Assembly: GCA_001593865.1 (NCBI GenBank)
Contig: LUCB01000010.1
Location: forward strand, 4,441-68,440
Length of the DNA stretch: 64,000 nt
Direction: 5' to 3'
Origin: Candidatus Bathyarchaeota archaeon B24
GTDB lineage: Archaea > Thermoproteota > CALKCG01 > B24
Of the stretch, positions 19,498-28,754 are shown piece by piece. Made by a program: the position numbers and the translations under genes. Under the pieces are notes generated by a model, which searched no databases, was not told the DNA's origin, and was given only the letters and a program-made list of their open reading frames with translations. The stretch's first letter is position 1. Every line of letters starts with the position of its first letter.

Positions 19498-20823
19498 ATG
19501 TGGACGAGTTACGTCAAAAAGTACGTCGAAAAGACCCCGGGTTCTAAGAGGCTCTACGAGAGGGCGGCGAGGCTCATACCAGGCGGCATATCGCACAACA
19601 TAAGGTTCTACCCGCCCTACCCGCTCTACACGGTTAAAGCCAAAGGCTCGAGGCTCTGGGATGTCGACGGAAACGTCTACACTGACTACTGGATGGCCCA
19701 CATGGTCTTGATACTAGGCCACTCGCCAGAGCCTGTCCTGGAGTTCGTTAGAAACCAGGTCGAGAACGGTACTCACCTAGGGACTGTGAACCCCTACGCC
19801 GTAGAGCTTGCTGAGGCTATAATACGAAACGTGCCCTGTGCGGAGATGGTTAGGATTGGGTGCTCTGGAACCGAGGCGACTATGTACGCGGTTAGGTTAG
19901 CTAGGGCATACACGGGGAGGAGGGTCGTGGTTAAAGCCGAAGGTGGATGGCATGGCGGTAACCCGATCCTACATAAAGCTGTTAGCCCGCCTTACGGTAA
20001 ACCGGAGTCGCTGGGTATATTGGAGGAGGAGCAAAAGTACACTAGGGTTATGCCGGTTAACGACATCGAGGGTACCGAGGAGGTTCTCAAGGAGTGTAGA
20101 CGCGACCTCGCCTGCGTGATAGTGGAGCCTGTCCTAGGAGGCGGATGCATCCCCCTGGATAGAGACTACCTGGTTTACCTGAGAGAGGTCTGCGATGAAT
20201 ACGGCGCTGTCCTGATATTCGACGAGGTTATAACAGGCTTCAGGCTGGGGCTTTCCGGTGGACAGGGCTTCTACAGGGTTACGCCTGATATGGCTACGTT
20301 TGGGAAGATAATAGGCGGGGGATTTCCGATAGGCGCCGTAGCGGGCCGGGCGGACCTATTGAAACTAGCCGACCCGACTTCTGGTAAGCCTAAGTGGGAG
20401 CGGTGCTGGACGGGCGGGGGGACGTTCTCCGGTAACCCCATATCCACCGGCGCGGGATTAGCCACGATAAGGTTTCTAGAGAAACACGCCGACGAGGTCT
20501 ACGGTAAGATAAACAAGCTCGGCGAGATGGCTAGGACGGGTATAGACAAGGCCCTGGAGGGTCTGAAGGGTTTGAAGGCTAAGACGACAGGCGTCGGAAG
20601 CCTCCTACTCACGCACTTCCTAAAGGAAGGCGAGGACGTTAGGTCTTCGAGAGACCGTCTGAAGACAGACCAGGAGACGCAGGTAAACTTCTACTTAGCG
20701 CTTATGAATTATGGGATCTTCTTCCTACCCGGTCACACCGGCTCCATCTCATACGCGCACAGCGAGGAAGACATAAAGATGCTCATAGAAGCCGTCGAGA
20801 AGATAGCGGAGGACACCTCATGA
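19498..20823 (+). CDS. Class III PLP aminotransferase, glutamate-1-semialdehyde aminomutase (HemL)-like
   Basis: LWDVDGNVYTD, SGTEATMYAVRLAR, FDEVITGFR, FGKIIGGGFPIGA, GGTFSGNP. Confidence 0.85.
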   Translation: MWTSYVKKYVEKTPGSKRLYERAARLIPGGISHNIRFYPPYPLYTVKAKGSRLWDVDGNVYTDYWMAHMVLILGHSPEPVLEFVRNQVENGTHLGTVNPYAVELAEAIIRNVPCAEMVRIGCSGTEATMYAVRLARAYTGRRVVVKAEGGWHGGNPILHKAVSPPYGKPESLGILEEEQKYTRVMPVNDIEGTEEVLKECRRDLACVIVEPVLGGGCIPLDRDYLVYLREVCDEYGAVLIFDEVITGFRLGLSGGQGFYRVTPDMATFGKIIGGGFPIGAVAGRADLLKLADPTSGKPKWERCWTGGGTFSGNPISTGAGLATIRFLEKHADEVYGKINKLGEMARTGIDKALEGLKGLKAKTTGVGSLLLTHFLKEGEDVRSSRDRLKTDQETQVNFYLALMNYGIFFLPGHTGSISYAHSEEDIKMLIEAVEKIAEDTS

Positions 20824-21227
20824 GCGGCATAGACCTAGTGGTCAGAAACATAGAGCACCTAACCGTAAGCCTATCCAAGCTCTCTAAACTGAACGAGAGG
20901 CTTAAGGCCTTAGACAGGCTTCAGACACGTCTAACAGGGCTTGAAACGGTTTTCTCGAAATATCCCGAGCTAAACATCGATGAGGTTAAAGACGCCCTGG
21001 TGAAGGTCTTGGAGAACCCTAGGCTGACTAACGCTCAAAAGGTCGCCGTCCTAGCTAAGAACATCGAGACGTTCAGGAGGAAAGGATTCCTGAAAACGAG
21101 GAGGGACAGGGACCTCGTTAAGCTGGGCCTGATGATACTTATGCTTCCTGAGCCGACCCCGGTCACCGCGTTGATAGGTTTATCGCTCGTAGCGGCTGGT
21201 ATGATGCATAAGAACATGAGAAAATAA
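20820..21227 (+). CDS. Hypothetical protein, coiled-coil N-terminus and C-terminal hydrophobic hairpin
   Basis: ATGA overlap with the aminotransferase stop; LMILMLPEPTPVTALIGLSLVAAG. Confidence 0.6.
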   Translation: MSGIDLVVRNIEHLTVSLSKLSKLNERLKALDRLQTRLTGLETVFSKYPELNIDEVKDALVKVLENPRLTNAQKVAVLAKNIETFRRKGFLKTRRDRDLVKLGLMILMLPEPTPVTALIGLSLVAAGMMHKNMRK

Positions 21228-21242
21228 ACATCTAAGGTAGTC

Positions 21243-21272
21243 TTACCAGGTAAATTTTATATAACCAGGTAA
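21243..21272 (+). promoter_or_regulatory. Probable antitoxin operator: two TWACCAGGTAA palindromes flanking TATA box TTTTATATA
   Basis: TTACCAGGTAA 21243-21253, TAACCAGGTAA 21262-21272, related AACCAGGTTA near 21299. Confidence 0.6.
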
Positions 21273-21274
21273 AT

Positions 21275-21544
21275 ATGTTTTTTCTGGTGAATTATTTGAA
21301 CCAGGTTACCGTCGTTAAAGTAGGTAAGAAGGGGGCCGTGTATATACCTAAAAAAGTCATTAAATCGCTCGGCATAAGCGAGGGTGATAGGGTTATAATG
21401 AGAATTAACGGTAGGAGGTTAATATTGGAATTCATACCTGATCCCTTGGCATTGGCCCTTAAGGTTAAAAAGTGGTCGAAGACTACCGTCGAAGAGTTTG
21501 AAAGAGAATCTGAGAGGGAGCAAGATGAGTTATACGGGTCTTAA
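21275..21544 (+). CDS. AbrB/MazE-family antitoxin (VapB-like)
   Basis: VKVGKKGAVYIPKKVIKSLGISEGDRV AbrB motif; acidic C-terminus; overlaps the PIN gene. Confidence 0.88.
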   Translation: MFFLVNYLNQVTVVKVGKKGAVYIPKKVIKSLGISEGDRVIMRINGRRLILEFIPDPLALALKVKKWSKTTVEEFERESEREQDELYGS

Positions 21545-22004
21545 GGTGTTGCTTGATTCAACATACATTCTCCCGTCTTTTGGAATAGAGGTAGAGGGAT
21601 TACTCGATGGGCATATAAAAGAGCTCAGAGAAGCTGCATTAAGAGGGAAGGTGAGTTTTTATTGCCTACCATTAGTTTGGATCGAGATCATAGGGAAAGT
21701 GTATAGAGAAAGCCTACGTTTAGGATTAGAAGTCAAGGAGATAGTTGAGGATGCTGTAAGATCATTGCTTATAAGCGGCTTTTATAGGTGGATTATGCCC
21801 TCCTCCGATGCCATAGCGCTAGCTTTCAAATTACGGGCCCTAGGGCATAAAGATAACATAGACAACCTACTATACGCAACATCCGTAACGAATGGAATGA
21901 TATTTCTTACGATCGATGAAAACCTAAGAAGCTTCTTGGCAAATAAAGGCTTTAAAACCGACCACGTGATGGATCACGTGAAGCTTCTCTCGAAAATAAA
22001 GTGA
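21498..22004 (+). CDS. PIN-domain toxin (VapC-like); start probably ATG 21525
   Basis: VLLDSTYIL, GHKDNIDNLLYATS, FLTIDENL acidic PIN residues. Confidence 0.85.
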   Translation: MKENLRGSKMSYTGLKVLLDSTYILPSFGIEVEGLLDGHIKELREAALRGKVSFYCLPLVWIEIIGKVYRESLRLGLEVKEIVEDAVRSLLISGFYRWIMPSSDAIALAFKLRALGHKDNIDNLLYATSVTNGMIFLTIDENLRSFLANKGFKTDHVMDHVKLLSKIK

Positions 22005-22050
22005 TAGGTCAAAAATCGAAGGTCTGCATACATCGGCTTCTGCAAGCTTC

Positions 22051-23067
22051 TCAACGTTTAAACTCTTTAAGCCATGCATACGGTATCGAAAGGTCTTTCA
22101 TAGTCTTAAGCCCCGGCTCAGCTTCGAGAACCTTCGGGATCATGTTCACGACCATCGCGACCGTAGCCTCGTCACCCGGTATACCGCCTTCAACCTCGAA
22201 TTTCAGGCTAGGCACTCCCTCTATCTCGACGGAGTCTCTCGGGTTCTCGGCGTCGAGATACATCTGGAGGTTAAGCCTAAGCTTCTCCTCGCCCTTCGAT
22301 ATCCCCCATATGCTCTGAGACACCCCGACGACACGTCCCGGTGAAACCCTGAAGAACTTTGTCTCCACGGGTCTAGACGCTATGACCGGTTCTATAGTCT
22401 CCTCCACCCTATCGAAGCTCCATCCAAACGCATCAGCCACCATGTCGAAGGACTCTCTGAGACCTACGTGACCCATCCGTCCGCCCTGGACGGCTTTTTT
22501 AAACTCCTCGACGGTCATACCGGAGCCGATCTTCCTCTGCAAAGGATATCTCCTAGTAGACGCGTTTACTATCCTTGAACCCTCTATTCTATCTACCCTA
22601 ATACACACGGATGTGAGGGTCAGTATCAACGAGTCTAGGACGAAGCCCGGGTTCACACCTGTTCCTAAAACAGTGACCCCGTTCTCGCGGGCGGCTTTAT
22701 CTATCCTCTCGGCGGCTTCTGGGTTTCTCCTCCAGGGATATGCCAGCTCTTCGCAGGTCGATATCACGCTCAACCCAGAGTCGACTATCTCGGTTATCTG
22801 CGGCTCCACTATGCTCAGCCAGGAGCTCGTGGTGTGTAAGACCACGTCGGCCTTAACCCCCCTAAGGGCTTCGGAGAGGCTTCTGTAGACTTTCACCCCG
22901 AGCTCTTCACCCAGGCCTACGACCTCTCCCAGGTCTCTACCCACCTTAGACTCGTCTATATCCACGGCTCCGACTATCTCTACCCAAGGCTTCGAGGTCA
23001 AGGCTTTGGTTATCCTAGAGCCTATCTCCCCTACGCCGTACTGGATAACCCTAACCATGGATCCCAC
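22051..23067 (-). CDS. NAD(P)-dependent amine dehydrogenase (2,4-diaminopentanoate dehydrogenase/DapB-like family)
   Basis: Rossmann QYGVGEIG, VISTCEEL, GTGVNPGFVLD, GIPGDEAT. Confidence 0.8.
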   Translation of the reverse strand: MGSMVRVIQYGVGEIGSRITKALTSKPWVEIVGAVDIDESKVGRDLGEVVGLGEELGVKVYRSLSEALRGVKADVVLHTTSSWLSIVEPQITEIVDSGLSVISTCEELAYPWRRNPEAAERIDKAARENGVTVLGTGVNPGFVLDSLILTLTSVCIRVDRIEGSRIVNASTRRYPLQRKIGSGMTVEEFKKAVQGGRMGHVGLRESFDMVADAFGWSFDRVEETIEPVIASRPVETKFFRVSPGRVVGVSQSIWGISKGEEKLRLNLQMYLDAENPRDSVEIEGVPSLKFEVEGGIPGDEATVAMVVNMIPKVLEAEPGLKTMKDLSIPYAWLKEFKR

Positions 23068-23070
23068 GTC

Positions 23071-23478
23071 CTAGTCTAGGAACTTATACTCTACAGCTTT
23101 CACGCATCTCTCATTTATAAGCTCCTCCCTGATGTCCTCTATGTCCTTATCGCACCTCGAATAGTCTGCTATGGCTATCCACTCGGCTAGCTCACCTCTC
23201 CTAAGGGTTCTGGACTCGGAAAAAAGCAGGTCTACCCCCTCCCTAGCTAGTATGGAGGCGGCTTTAGCCAACGCCCCAGGTATATCCTCGAGGCTCATCC
23301 TGAACTCGACAAGCTTAGCCTCAGGGTCCGCGAACGGGTTCACGGTGATCCTCCTTTCTCGTACATCCGCGACCAGCAGAACCCTCATACCCTCCTTCAA
23401 CCCGAGGATCTCCCTAACCTTAACCGGGATCGAAAGCCTCCCCTTGTCGTCTATCTTCTGAACGCTAACTATTCGCAT
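23071..23478 (-). CDS. AbrB-family transcriptional regulator fused to an ACT domain
   Basis: KIDDKGRLSIPVKVREILGLKEG (AbrB) plus EDIPGALAKAASILAREGVDL (ACT). Confidence 0.85.
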   Translation of the reverse strand: MRIVSVQKIDDKGRLSIPVKVREILGLKEGMRVLLVADVRERRITVNPFADPEAKLVEFRMSLEDIPGALAKAASILAREGVDLLFSESRTLRRGELAEWIAIADYSRCDKDIEDIREELINERCVKAVEYKFLD

Positions 23479-23512
23479 AAAGGCTCCCAGAACGGTATAG
23501 GGTGAGGTAAAA

Positions 23513-23562
23513 TTTATAAGTTGTGGGATATATTAGAACCTCATCCCACCATTTTCCCACAA
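23513..23562 (+). promoter_or_regulatory. his operon promoter with inverted-repeat operator candidate
   Basis: TATA TTTATAAG 23513-23520; TTGTGGGA 23521-23528 is inverted to TCCCACAA 23555-23562, plus a third half-site ATCCCAC 23543-23549. Confidence 0.55.
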
Positions 23563-23575
23563 GAGGTCGAGAGGT

Positions 23576-24637
23576 TTGAAAACCCGGAAGAAGCTTCCAG
23601 AAACGGTCTACAAGGAGAGGCCCTTAATCGCGGGCATGGTGAAGCTGGACGCTAACGAAAACCCATACCCTCCGCCGGAGGAGGTCGTGGAAGCCATATG
23701 CAGGGCGGCTAGGCTCGTGAACAGGTACCCCCCAGAGCCGAGAAGGCTGAGGGAGGCGATAGCCCACCTCACCGGTGTCGAAGCCGAAAACGTTCTCGTA
23801 GGCTCAGGCTCGGACGAGCTCATAGACCTGATAGTCAAGGCGTATGTGGATAAAGGGGCTAAGACCGCTACGATATACCCGACCTTCCCGATGTACGAGA
23901 GGTTTGCGGTAGTAGCCGGTGGAGTGGTCGAGAGGATACCGTTAAACCCAGACTTCACCCTAGACCTAGATAAGGCCCTGGAGGTCCTATCTGACTCTGT
24001 CGACGTGTTCTTCATATCGAACCCTAACAACCCGACCGGGGTAGGCTTTCCGGTAGGGCAGGTCGAGAAGTTGCTTCGGCTCGGGGTCCTGACGGTCGTA
24101 GACGAAGCCTACTACGAGTTCTCGGGTAGAACCGCCTTAAACCTGCTGGGTATGTACGATAACCTGGTGGTTTTGAGGACGTTCTCGAAGGCCTACGGCT
24201 TAGCCGGTTTAAGGGTCGGATACTGCATAGCCTCTGAGGAGATGATCCAAACACTTCTAAAGGTTAAGCCGCCGTATAACGTAAACCTCCTAGCGCAGGA
24301 GGCTGCTTTAGCTGTCCTAAGGAACCGAGACCTAGTCTTACAACGGATTTCGGCTATAAAAGAGGCTAGAAACCGCCTATACGAGGCTCTTAAACGGCTA
24401 AACGGGGTTAAACCCTACCCCTCTGAAACAAACTTCATACTGGTCGACGTCTCCGAAACCGGCTTAACCTCCGAGGAGATAGCCGATAGACTGTTTAAAC
24501 TCGGTGTCTCGGTCAGACGCTTCGGTAGGTTCGAGGGTTTCCAGGGAGACTTCATAAGAGTAACCGTCGGGACGCCTGAGGAGAACGATAGATTTCTCGA
24601 ATCTTTGAAAGCCGTCTTAGAGGAGGTTTCCTCGTGA
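23576..24637 (+). CDS. hisC: Histidinol-phosphate aminotransferase
   Basis: KLDANENP, GSDELI, NPNNPTG, VDEAY, RTFSKAYGLAGLRVG. Confidence 0.93.
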   Translation: MKTRKKLPETVYKERPLIAGMVKLDANENPYPPPEEVVEAICRAARLVNRYPPEPRRLREAIAHLTGVEAENVLVGSGSDELIDLIVKAYVDKGAKTATIYPTFPMYERFAVVAGGVVERIPLNPDFTLDLDKALEVLSDSVDVFFISNPNNPTGVGFPVGQVEKLLRLGVLTVVDEAYYEFSGRTALNLLGMYDNLVVLRTFSKAYGLAGLRVGYCIASEEMIQTLLKVKPPYNVNLLAQEAALAVLRNRDLVLQRISAIKEARNRLYEALKRLNGVKPYPSETNFILVDVSETGLTSEEIADRLFKLGVSVRRFGRFEGFQGDFIRVTVGTPEENDRFLESLKAVLEEVSS

Positions 24638-25494
24638 ACACGGTGATATTGGCCCTACCTAACAAGGGGAGACTTCACGAGCCTGCCCTCGACTTGCTTG
24701 AGAAAGCCGGTATTAGGGTTATCGATAGGGGCATGCTCTACGGGCGGACGAACGACCCTGAGATAAACGTGATATTCGCTAGGGCGGCTGACATACCGAG
24801 TCTCGTGGAGGCGGGTGCGGCCGACCTAGGGGTGACGGGTCACGACTATGTGGTGGAGGCGGACGCAGACGTCGAGGAGCTTCTAGACCTAGAGTTCGGT
24901 AGAGCCGAGCTTGTGCTAGCCGTCATGAGAAACAGCGGGATCGAGGATTTAAGCGACCTGAAACCTGGGCTAAGGGTCGCGACCAAATACGTCAACATAG
25001 CCTCAAACTTCTTCAGAAGGCTTGGCTTAGAGGCAGAGGTGATAAGGATAACGGGTGCGGCTGAGGTTATGCCTCACCTAAAGGTGGCAGACGCCATCAT
25101 AGACATCTCGAGCACTGGGACGACCCTTAAAACCCACGGTTTGAAACCCCTGAAGGTCATACTGGAGTCTTCAGCACGTCTCATAGCCAACAAGAAAAGC
25201 CTTGAGGTGAAGCGGGATAAGCTTATGGAGATTAAGCTCGCGATAGAAAGCGTCCTGAGGGCTAAGGGTAAGAAGCTGCTCATGATGAACGTGCCGGATA
25301 GGTTTTTGAAAGGCGTTTTATCGGTCTTACCTGCCATGGCGGGTCCGACTATAGCCGAGGTCAAATCTGAGGAGAGGATGTGGGAGGTCTACACGGTCAT
25401 AGACGAGGACGAGGTATACCGGGTCGTGAACCTCGTTAAAAAAGCCGGCGCCAAAGACCTGCTGGTAATACCTATAGAGAGGGTTATACCATGA
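24634..25494 (+). CDS. hisG: ATP phosphoribosyltransferase (long form)
   Basis: ALPNKGRL, DLGVTGHD, VATKY, DISSTGTTL, C-terminal regulatory domain. Confidence 0.95.
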   Translation: MNTVILALPNKGRLHEPALDLLEKAGIRVIDRGMLYGRTNDPEINVIFARAADIPSLVEAGAADLGVTGHDYVVEADADVEELLDLEFGRAELVLAVMRNSGIEDLSDLKPGLRVATKYVNIASNFFRRLGLEAEVIRITGAAEVMPHLKVADAIIDISSTGTTLKTHGLKPLKVILESSARLIANKKSLEVKRDKLMEIKLAIESVLRAKGKKLLMMNVPDRFLKGVLSVLPAMAGPTIAEVKSEERMWEVYTVIDEDEVYRVVNLVKKAGAKDLLVIPIERVIP

Positions 25495-26213
25495 AGGTCA
25501 TACCAGCCGTGGATATAAAAAACGGGTGTTGCGTTAAACTGGTTCAAGGCCGGCCTGGGACAGGGTTGACGATATCCAAAGACCCGGTCGAAGTTGCCGA
25601 ACACTGGGTTGAAGAGGGAGCCGAGGCCTTGCACGTGGTCGACCTGGACGGTGCTATCGAGGGTGTTGCGGTGAACAGGCCGCTGATACTAGAGATAATC
25701 CGACGTGTCGACGTGCCTGTTCAGGTAGGCGGCGGAATCAGGTCGCTCAGAGACGCCTTAAGCCTGGTCGAATCGGGAGCTTACCGTATAGTTCTCGGGA
25801 CCGTCGTCTACGAGAACCCTAGGCTTTTCAGGCTTATCGTCGGCTCGGTCGGAGCCGATAAGGTTATAGTCGCCATAGACTCAAAGTCGGGTTTCGTCGT
25901 CAAAAGAGGGTGGACCGAGTCGGCTGGGGTCACGGTCTACGACGTTCTCCGCCGTCTAGACCCGGATATGTTCTGGGGGCTCCTATATACAGACGTGGAG
26001 CATGAGGGGTTAGCCTCGGGGATAGACGTGAAGAACCTGAAGCGTCTGCTGAGCGTCTTAAACAAGCCCCTCATATACGCCGGAGGGGTCTCATCGCTGT
26101 CTGATATAGCGGTTTTAAGAGACCTAGGCGTATACGGAGTGGTTATCGGTAAAGCCCTATATACCGGTTTATTCAGCCTTAGAGAGGCTATGGAGGTTGC
26201 TCGAGATGACTAG
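25491..26213 (+). CDS. hisA: ProFAR isomerase
   Basis: IPAVDIKNGCCVKL, LHVVDLDGA, QVGGGIRS, GVVIGKALY. Confidence 0.93.
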   Translation: MKVIPAVDIKNGCCVKLVQGRPGTGLTISKDPVEVAEHWVEEGAEALHVVDLDGAIEGVAVNRPLILEIIRRVDVPVQVGGGIRSLRDALSLVESGAYRIVLGTVVYENPRLFRLIVGSVGADKVIVAIDSKSGFVVKRGWTESAGVTVYDVLRRLDPDMFWGLLYTDVEHEGLASGIDVKNLKRLLSVLNKPLIYAGGVSSLSDIAVLRDLGVYGVVIGKALYTGLFSLREAMEVARDD

Positions 26214-26793
26214 GTCCGCTATATGTAAGAGAAAGACGCTGGAGACGCGTGTGACGGTCGAGCTGAACCTAGACGGCGTAGGCCTGTCTAAAGTGAATAC
26301 CGGACACCCGTTCTTCGACCATATGCTAGAAACGTTCTCTAAGCACAGCCGCATCGACCTGAGGGTAAAGGCCGAGACCTTGAAGACCCCTAGCGTCCAC
26401 CACCTCGTCGAAGACGTGGCCTTAACCCTAGGTGAGGCGCTGGATAAAGCCCTAGCGGATAGGAGGGGCGTACGTAGGTTCGGCTTCGCGTCCATACCTA
26501 TGGACGATGCTTTAGCCGAGGTATCCCTCGACCTCTCCGGTAGACCCTACCTGCACGTCGAGTCTCTACCCATGGGCGTGGTCGAAGGCTTCGACTCCAT
26601 CCTCATGGAGCACTTCCTACGAAGCCTAGCCCAGACCGGTAGGTTCACGATCCACGTGCCCCGGGTCTACGGACGAGACCTTCATCACGTGTTCGAGGCG
26701 CTCTTCAAAGCCCTAGCCGTAGCTTTGAGGGAGGCGTCGAGGCTTGAACCCGGGTTAAAGGGCGAGGTTCCTAGTACGAAAGGAGTGCTGTAG
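26197..26793 (+). CDS. hisB: Imidazoleglycerol-phosphate dehydratase
   Basis: FFDHML, HHLVED, PMDDAL, HHVFEALFKA, PSTKG. Confidence 0.95.
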   Translation: MLEMTRSAICKRKTLETRVTVELNLDGVGLSKVNTGHPFFDHMLETFSKHSRIDLRVKAETLKTPSVHHLVEDVALTLGEALDKALADRRGVRRFGFASIPMDDALAEVSLDLSGRPYLHVESLPMGVVEGFDSILMEHFLRSLAQTGRFTIHVPRVYGRDLHHVFEALFKALAVALREASRLEPGLKGEVPSTKGVL

Positions 26794-26814
26794 GATAGAT
26801 GCGGGTGGTTAAGT

Positions 26815-28074
26815 ATGACGGTCAGCCCCGTTAGGATAAGCGGTTTAACCGATGCGGATGTTAGAAGGCTGATGGCGAGAGGTTTGAGCCTAGAGGAGGT
26901 ACGCGGCTCGGTGGCTAGGATAATAGCCGATGTAAGGTCTAGAGGAGACGAAGCTCTCCTAGAGTATACGCGGCTCTACGATAAAGTGGAGCTGGATAGA
27001 AGCCGGTTGAAGATAACCCGTGAGGAGATGGATGATGCGTACGACTCCTTGGACAGGAAAACCCGTGAGGCATTAGAGACGGTGCATGAGAACGTGAAAA
27101 CCGTATGCGCTAAGCTTCTACCTGAGGATAGGGTTATAGAGCCTACGGAGGGGGTACGCATACACGTCCTCTGGAGACCCCTTGAGCGTGTGGGCGTCTA
27201 CGTACCGGGCGGGGTTAACCCCTACCCATCGACTGTCTTCATGACAGCTACGCCGGCTAAGGTGGCGGGTGTAGACGAAGTTATAGCGTGTACCCCTCCT
27301 GGAAACGCCAGACCCGAGGTTCTAGCCGCTATGAAGATAGCCGGCGTCGACCGGGGCTTCAGGGTCGGCGGTGCTCAAGCCATCGCGGCCATGGCTTATG
27401 GTACGGAGACTATCCCCAAGGTCGATAAAGTCGTCGGACCTGGAGGCCTATACGTCGAGGCGGCTAAGAGGCTGGTGTACGGAGATGTCGGCCTAGACCT
27501 GCCCGCAGGCCCCAGCGAGATAGCGGTTTTAGCCGACGACTCCGCAGACCCAGCGCTTATAGCCGTAGACCTTCTATCTCAAGCTGAACATCCGAATTCC
27601 TCAGCCCTCCTCGTGACGACCTCTGAGAGACTCGCCCTAGAGGTCTGTAAGCTTCTCGGTGAGATGGCAGAACCTAGGTTACTGGAAAGCCTTAAAAGAG
27701 GTGGAGTCTTCATAGCGGAGGACGTGGAGGAGGCGTTGAATTTCCTGAACCTTTACGCGCCTGAGCATCTGGAGCTGTTCGTGGAGAATCCTGAGGAGGT
27801 TTTAAGCATGGTTCGGAACGCGGGGTCTGTGTTCCTAGGCCCCCTGACCCCTGCCGTGCTTGGAGACTACGCCACGGGTGTAAGCCATGTCCTTCCGACA
27901 GGTGGGGCGGCTAGGTTTTCCTCAGGTCTCACCCCGCTGGATTTCCTGAAAGTCTTAACCGTTCAGAGGGTGGATGCAGAAGGGTTCAAGACGCTCCGTA
28001 AGGCCGCGGAGAGGCTGGCCCAGGTCGAGGGGTTGAGGTGGCATGGTGAAGCCCTTAGGGCTAGGAGGGTTTAA
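26815..28074 (+). CDS. hisD: Histidinol dehydrogenase
   Basis: GVYVPGG, GGAQAIAAMAYG, AGPSE, SQAEH, APEHLE, HVLPT. Confidence 0.95.
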   Translation: MTVSPVRISGLTDADVRRLMARGLSLEEVRGSVARIIADVRSRGDEALLEYTRLYDKVELDRSRLKITREEMDDAYDSLDRKTREALETVHENVKTVCAKLLPEDRVIEPTEGVRIHVLWRPLERVGVYVPGGVNPYPSTVFMTATPAKVAGVDEVIACTPPGNARPEVLAAMKIAGVDRGFRVGGAQAIAAMAYGTETIPKVDKVVGPGGLYVEAAKRLVYGDVGLDLPAGPSEIAVLADDSADPALIAVDLLSQAEHPNSSALLVTTSERLALEVCKLLGEMAEPRLLESLKRGGVFIAEDVEEALNFLNLYAPEHLELFVENPEEVLSMVRNAGSVFLGPLTPAVLGDYATGVSHVLPTGGAARFSSGLTPLDFLKVLTVQRVDAEGFKTLRKAAERLAQVEGLRWHGEALRARRV

Positions 28075-28390
28075 TATGAGCTGGTGTTTCCTAGACGAGC
28101 TTTACAGGGTAATAGAGAGCCGACGCGATAAGCCGGTCGAAGGATCCTATACGAGTAGCCTAATGTCGAAGGGTTTGGAGGCTGTGATAGATAAGGTCGT
28201 GGAGGAGTGTATGGAGCTCATCGAGTCCGCTAGAGGCGGGTCGAAGAGCGAGATAGTCCACGAGGCCTCAGACCTCATCTACCACACGCTAGTCCTACTG
28301 GCATACCTCCAGATACCCTCAGGTATGGTTCCCGAGGAGCTTATACGCAGGAGGCGTAGAGGTCATGGAGGAAGACGTAAACCCGGGTAA
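28043..28390 (+). CDS. hisE: Phosphoribosyl-ATP pyrophosphatase; start probably ATG 28076
   Basis: [24 protein letters not shown]. Confidence 0.92.
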   Translation: MVKPLGLGGFNMSWCFLDELYRVIESRRDKPVEGSYTSSLMSKGLEAVIDKVVEECMELIESARGGSKSEIVHEASDLIYHTLVLLAYLQIPSGMVPEELIRRRRRGHGGRRKPG

Positions 28391-28754
28391 GCCGGCCGTG
28401 CAAACCCCTATGAGCCTCGAAGACGCCGAGCGGATTGCGGAGACCCTCAACTACCGGCATAACGGTGGGTTCGTGGTTGCCGTGGCCCAGGATGCTTCAA
28501 ACGGAGACGTGTTGATGGTAGCCTTTATGAACAGGGAGGCGTTCGTGAAGACTTTGACGACAGGTCTAGCCCACTACTGGAGCCTATCTAGGTGGAAGCT
28601 CTGGCGTAAAGGCGAACAGTCTGGGCATGTACAGTACGTTAAGGAGGTCTACCTCGACTGCGACGCCGACGCGGTCCTACTTAAGGTGGAACAAGTCGGA
28701 TACGCCTGCCACGAGGGGTACCGGTCCTGCTTCCACAGGAAAATCTACGGCTAG
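28365..28754 (+). CDS. hisI: Phosphoribosyl-AMP cyclohydrolase
   Basis: [32 protein letters not shown]. Confidence 0.95.
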   Translation: MEEDVNPGKPAVQTPMSLEDAERIAETLNYRHNGGFVVAVAQDASNGDVLMVAFMNREAFVKTLTTGLAHYWSLSRWKLWRKGEQSGHVQYVKEVYLDCDADAVLLKVEQVGYACHEGYRSCFHRKIYG

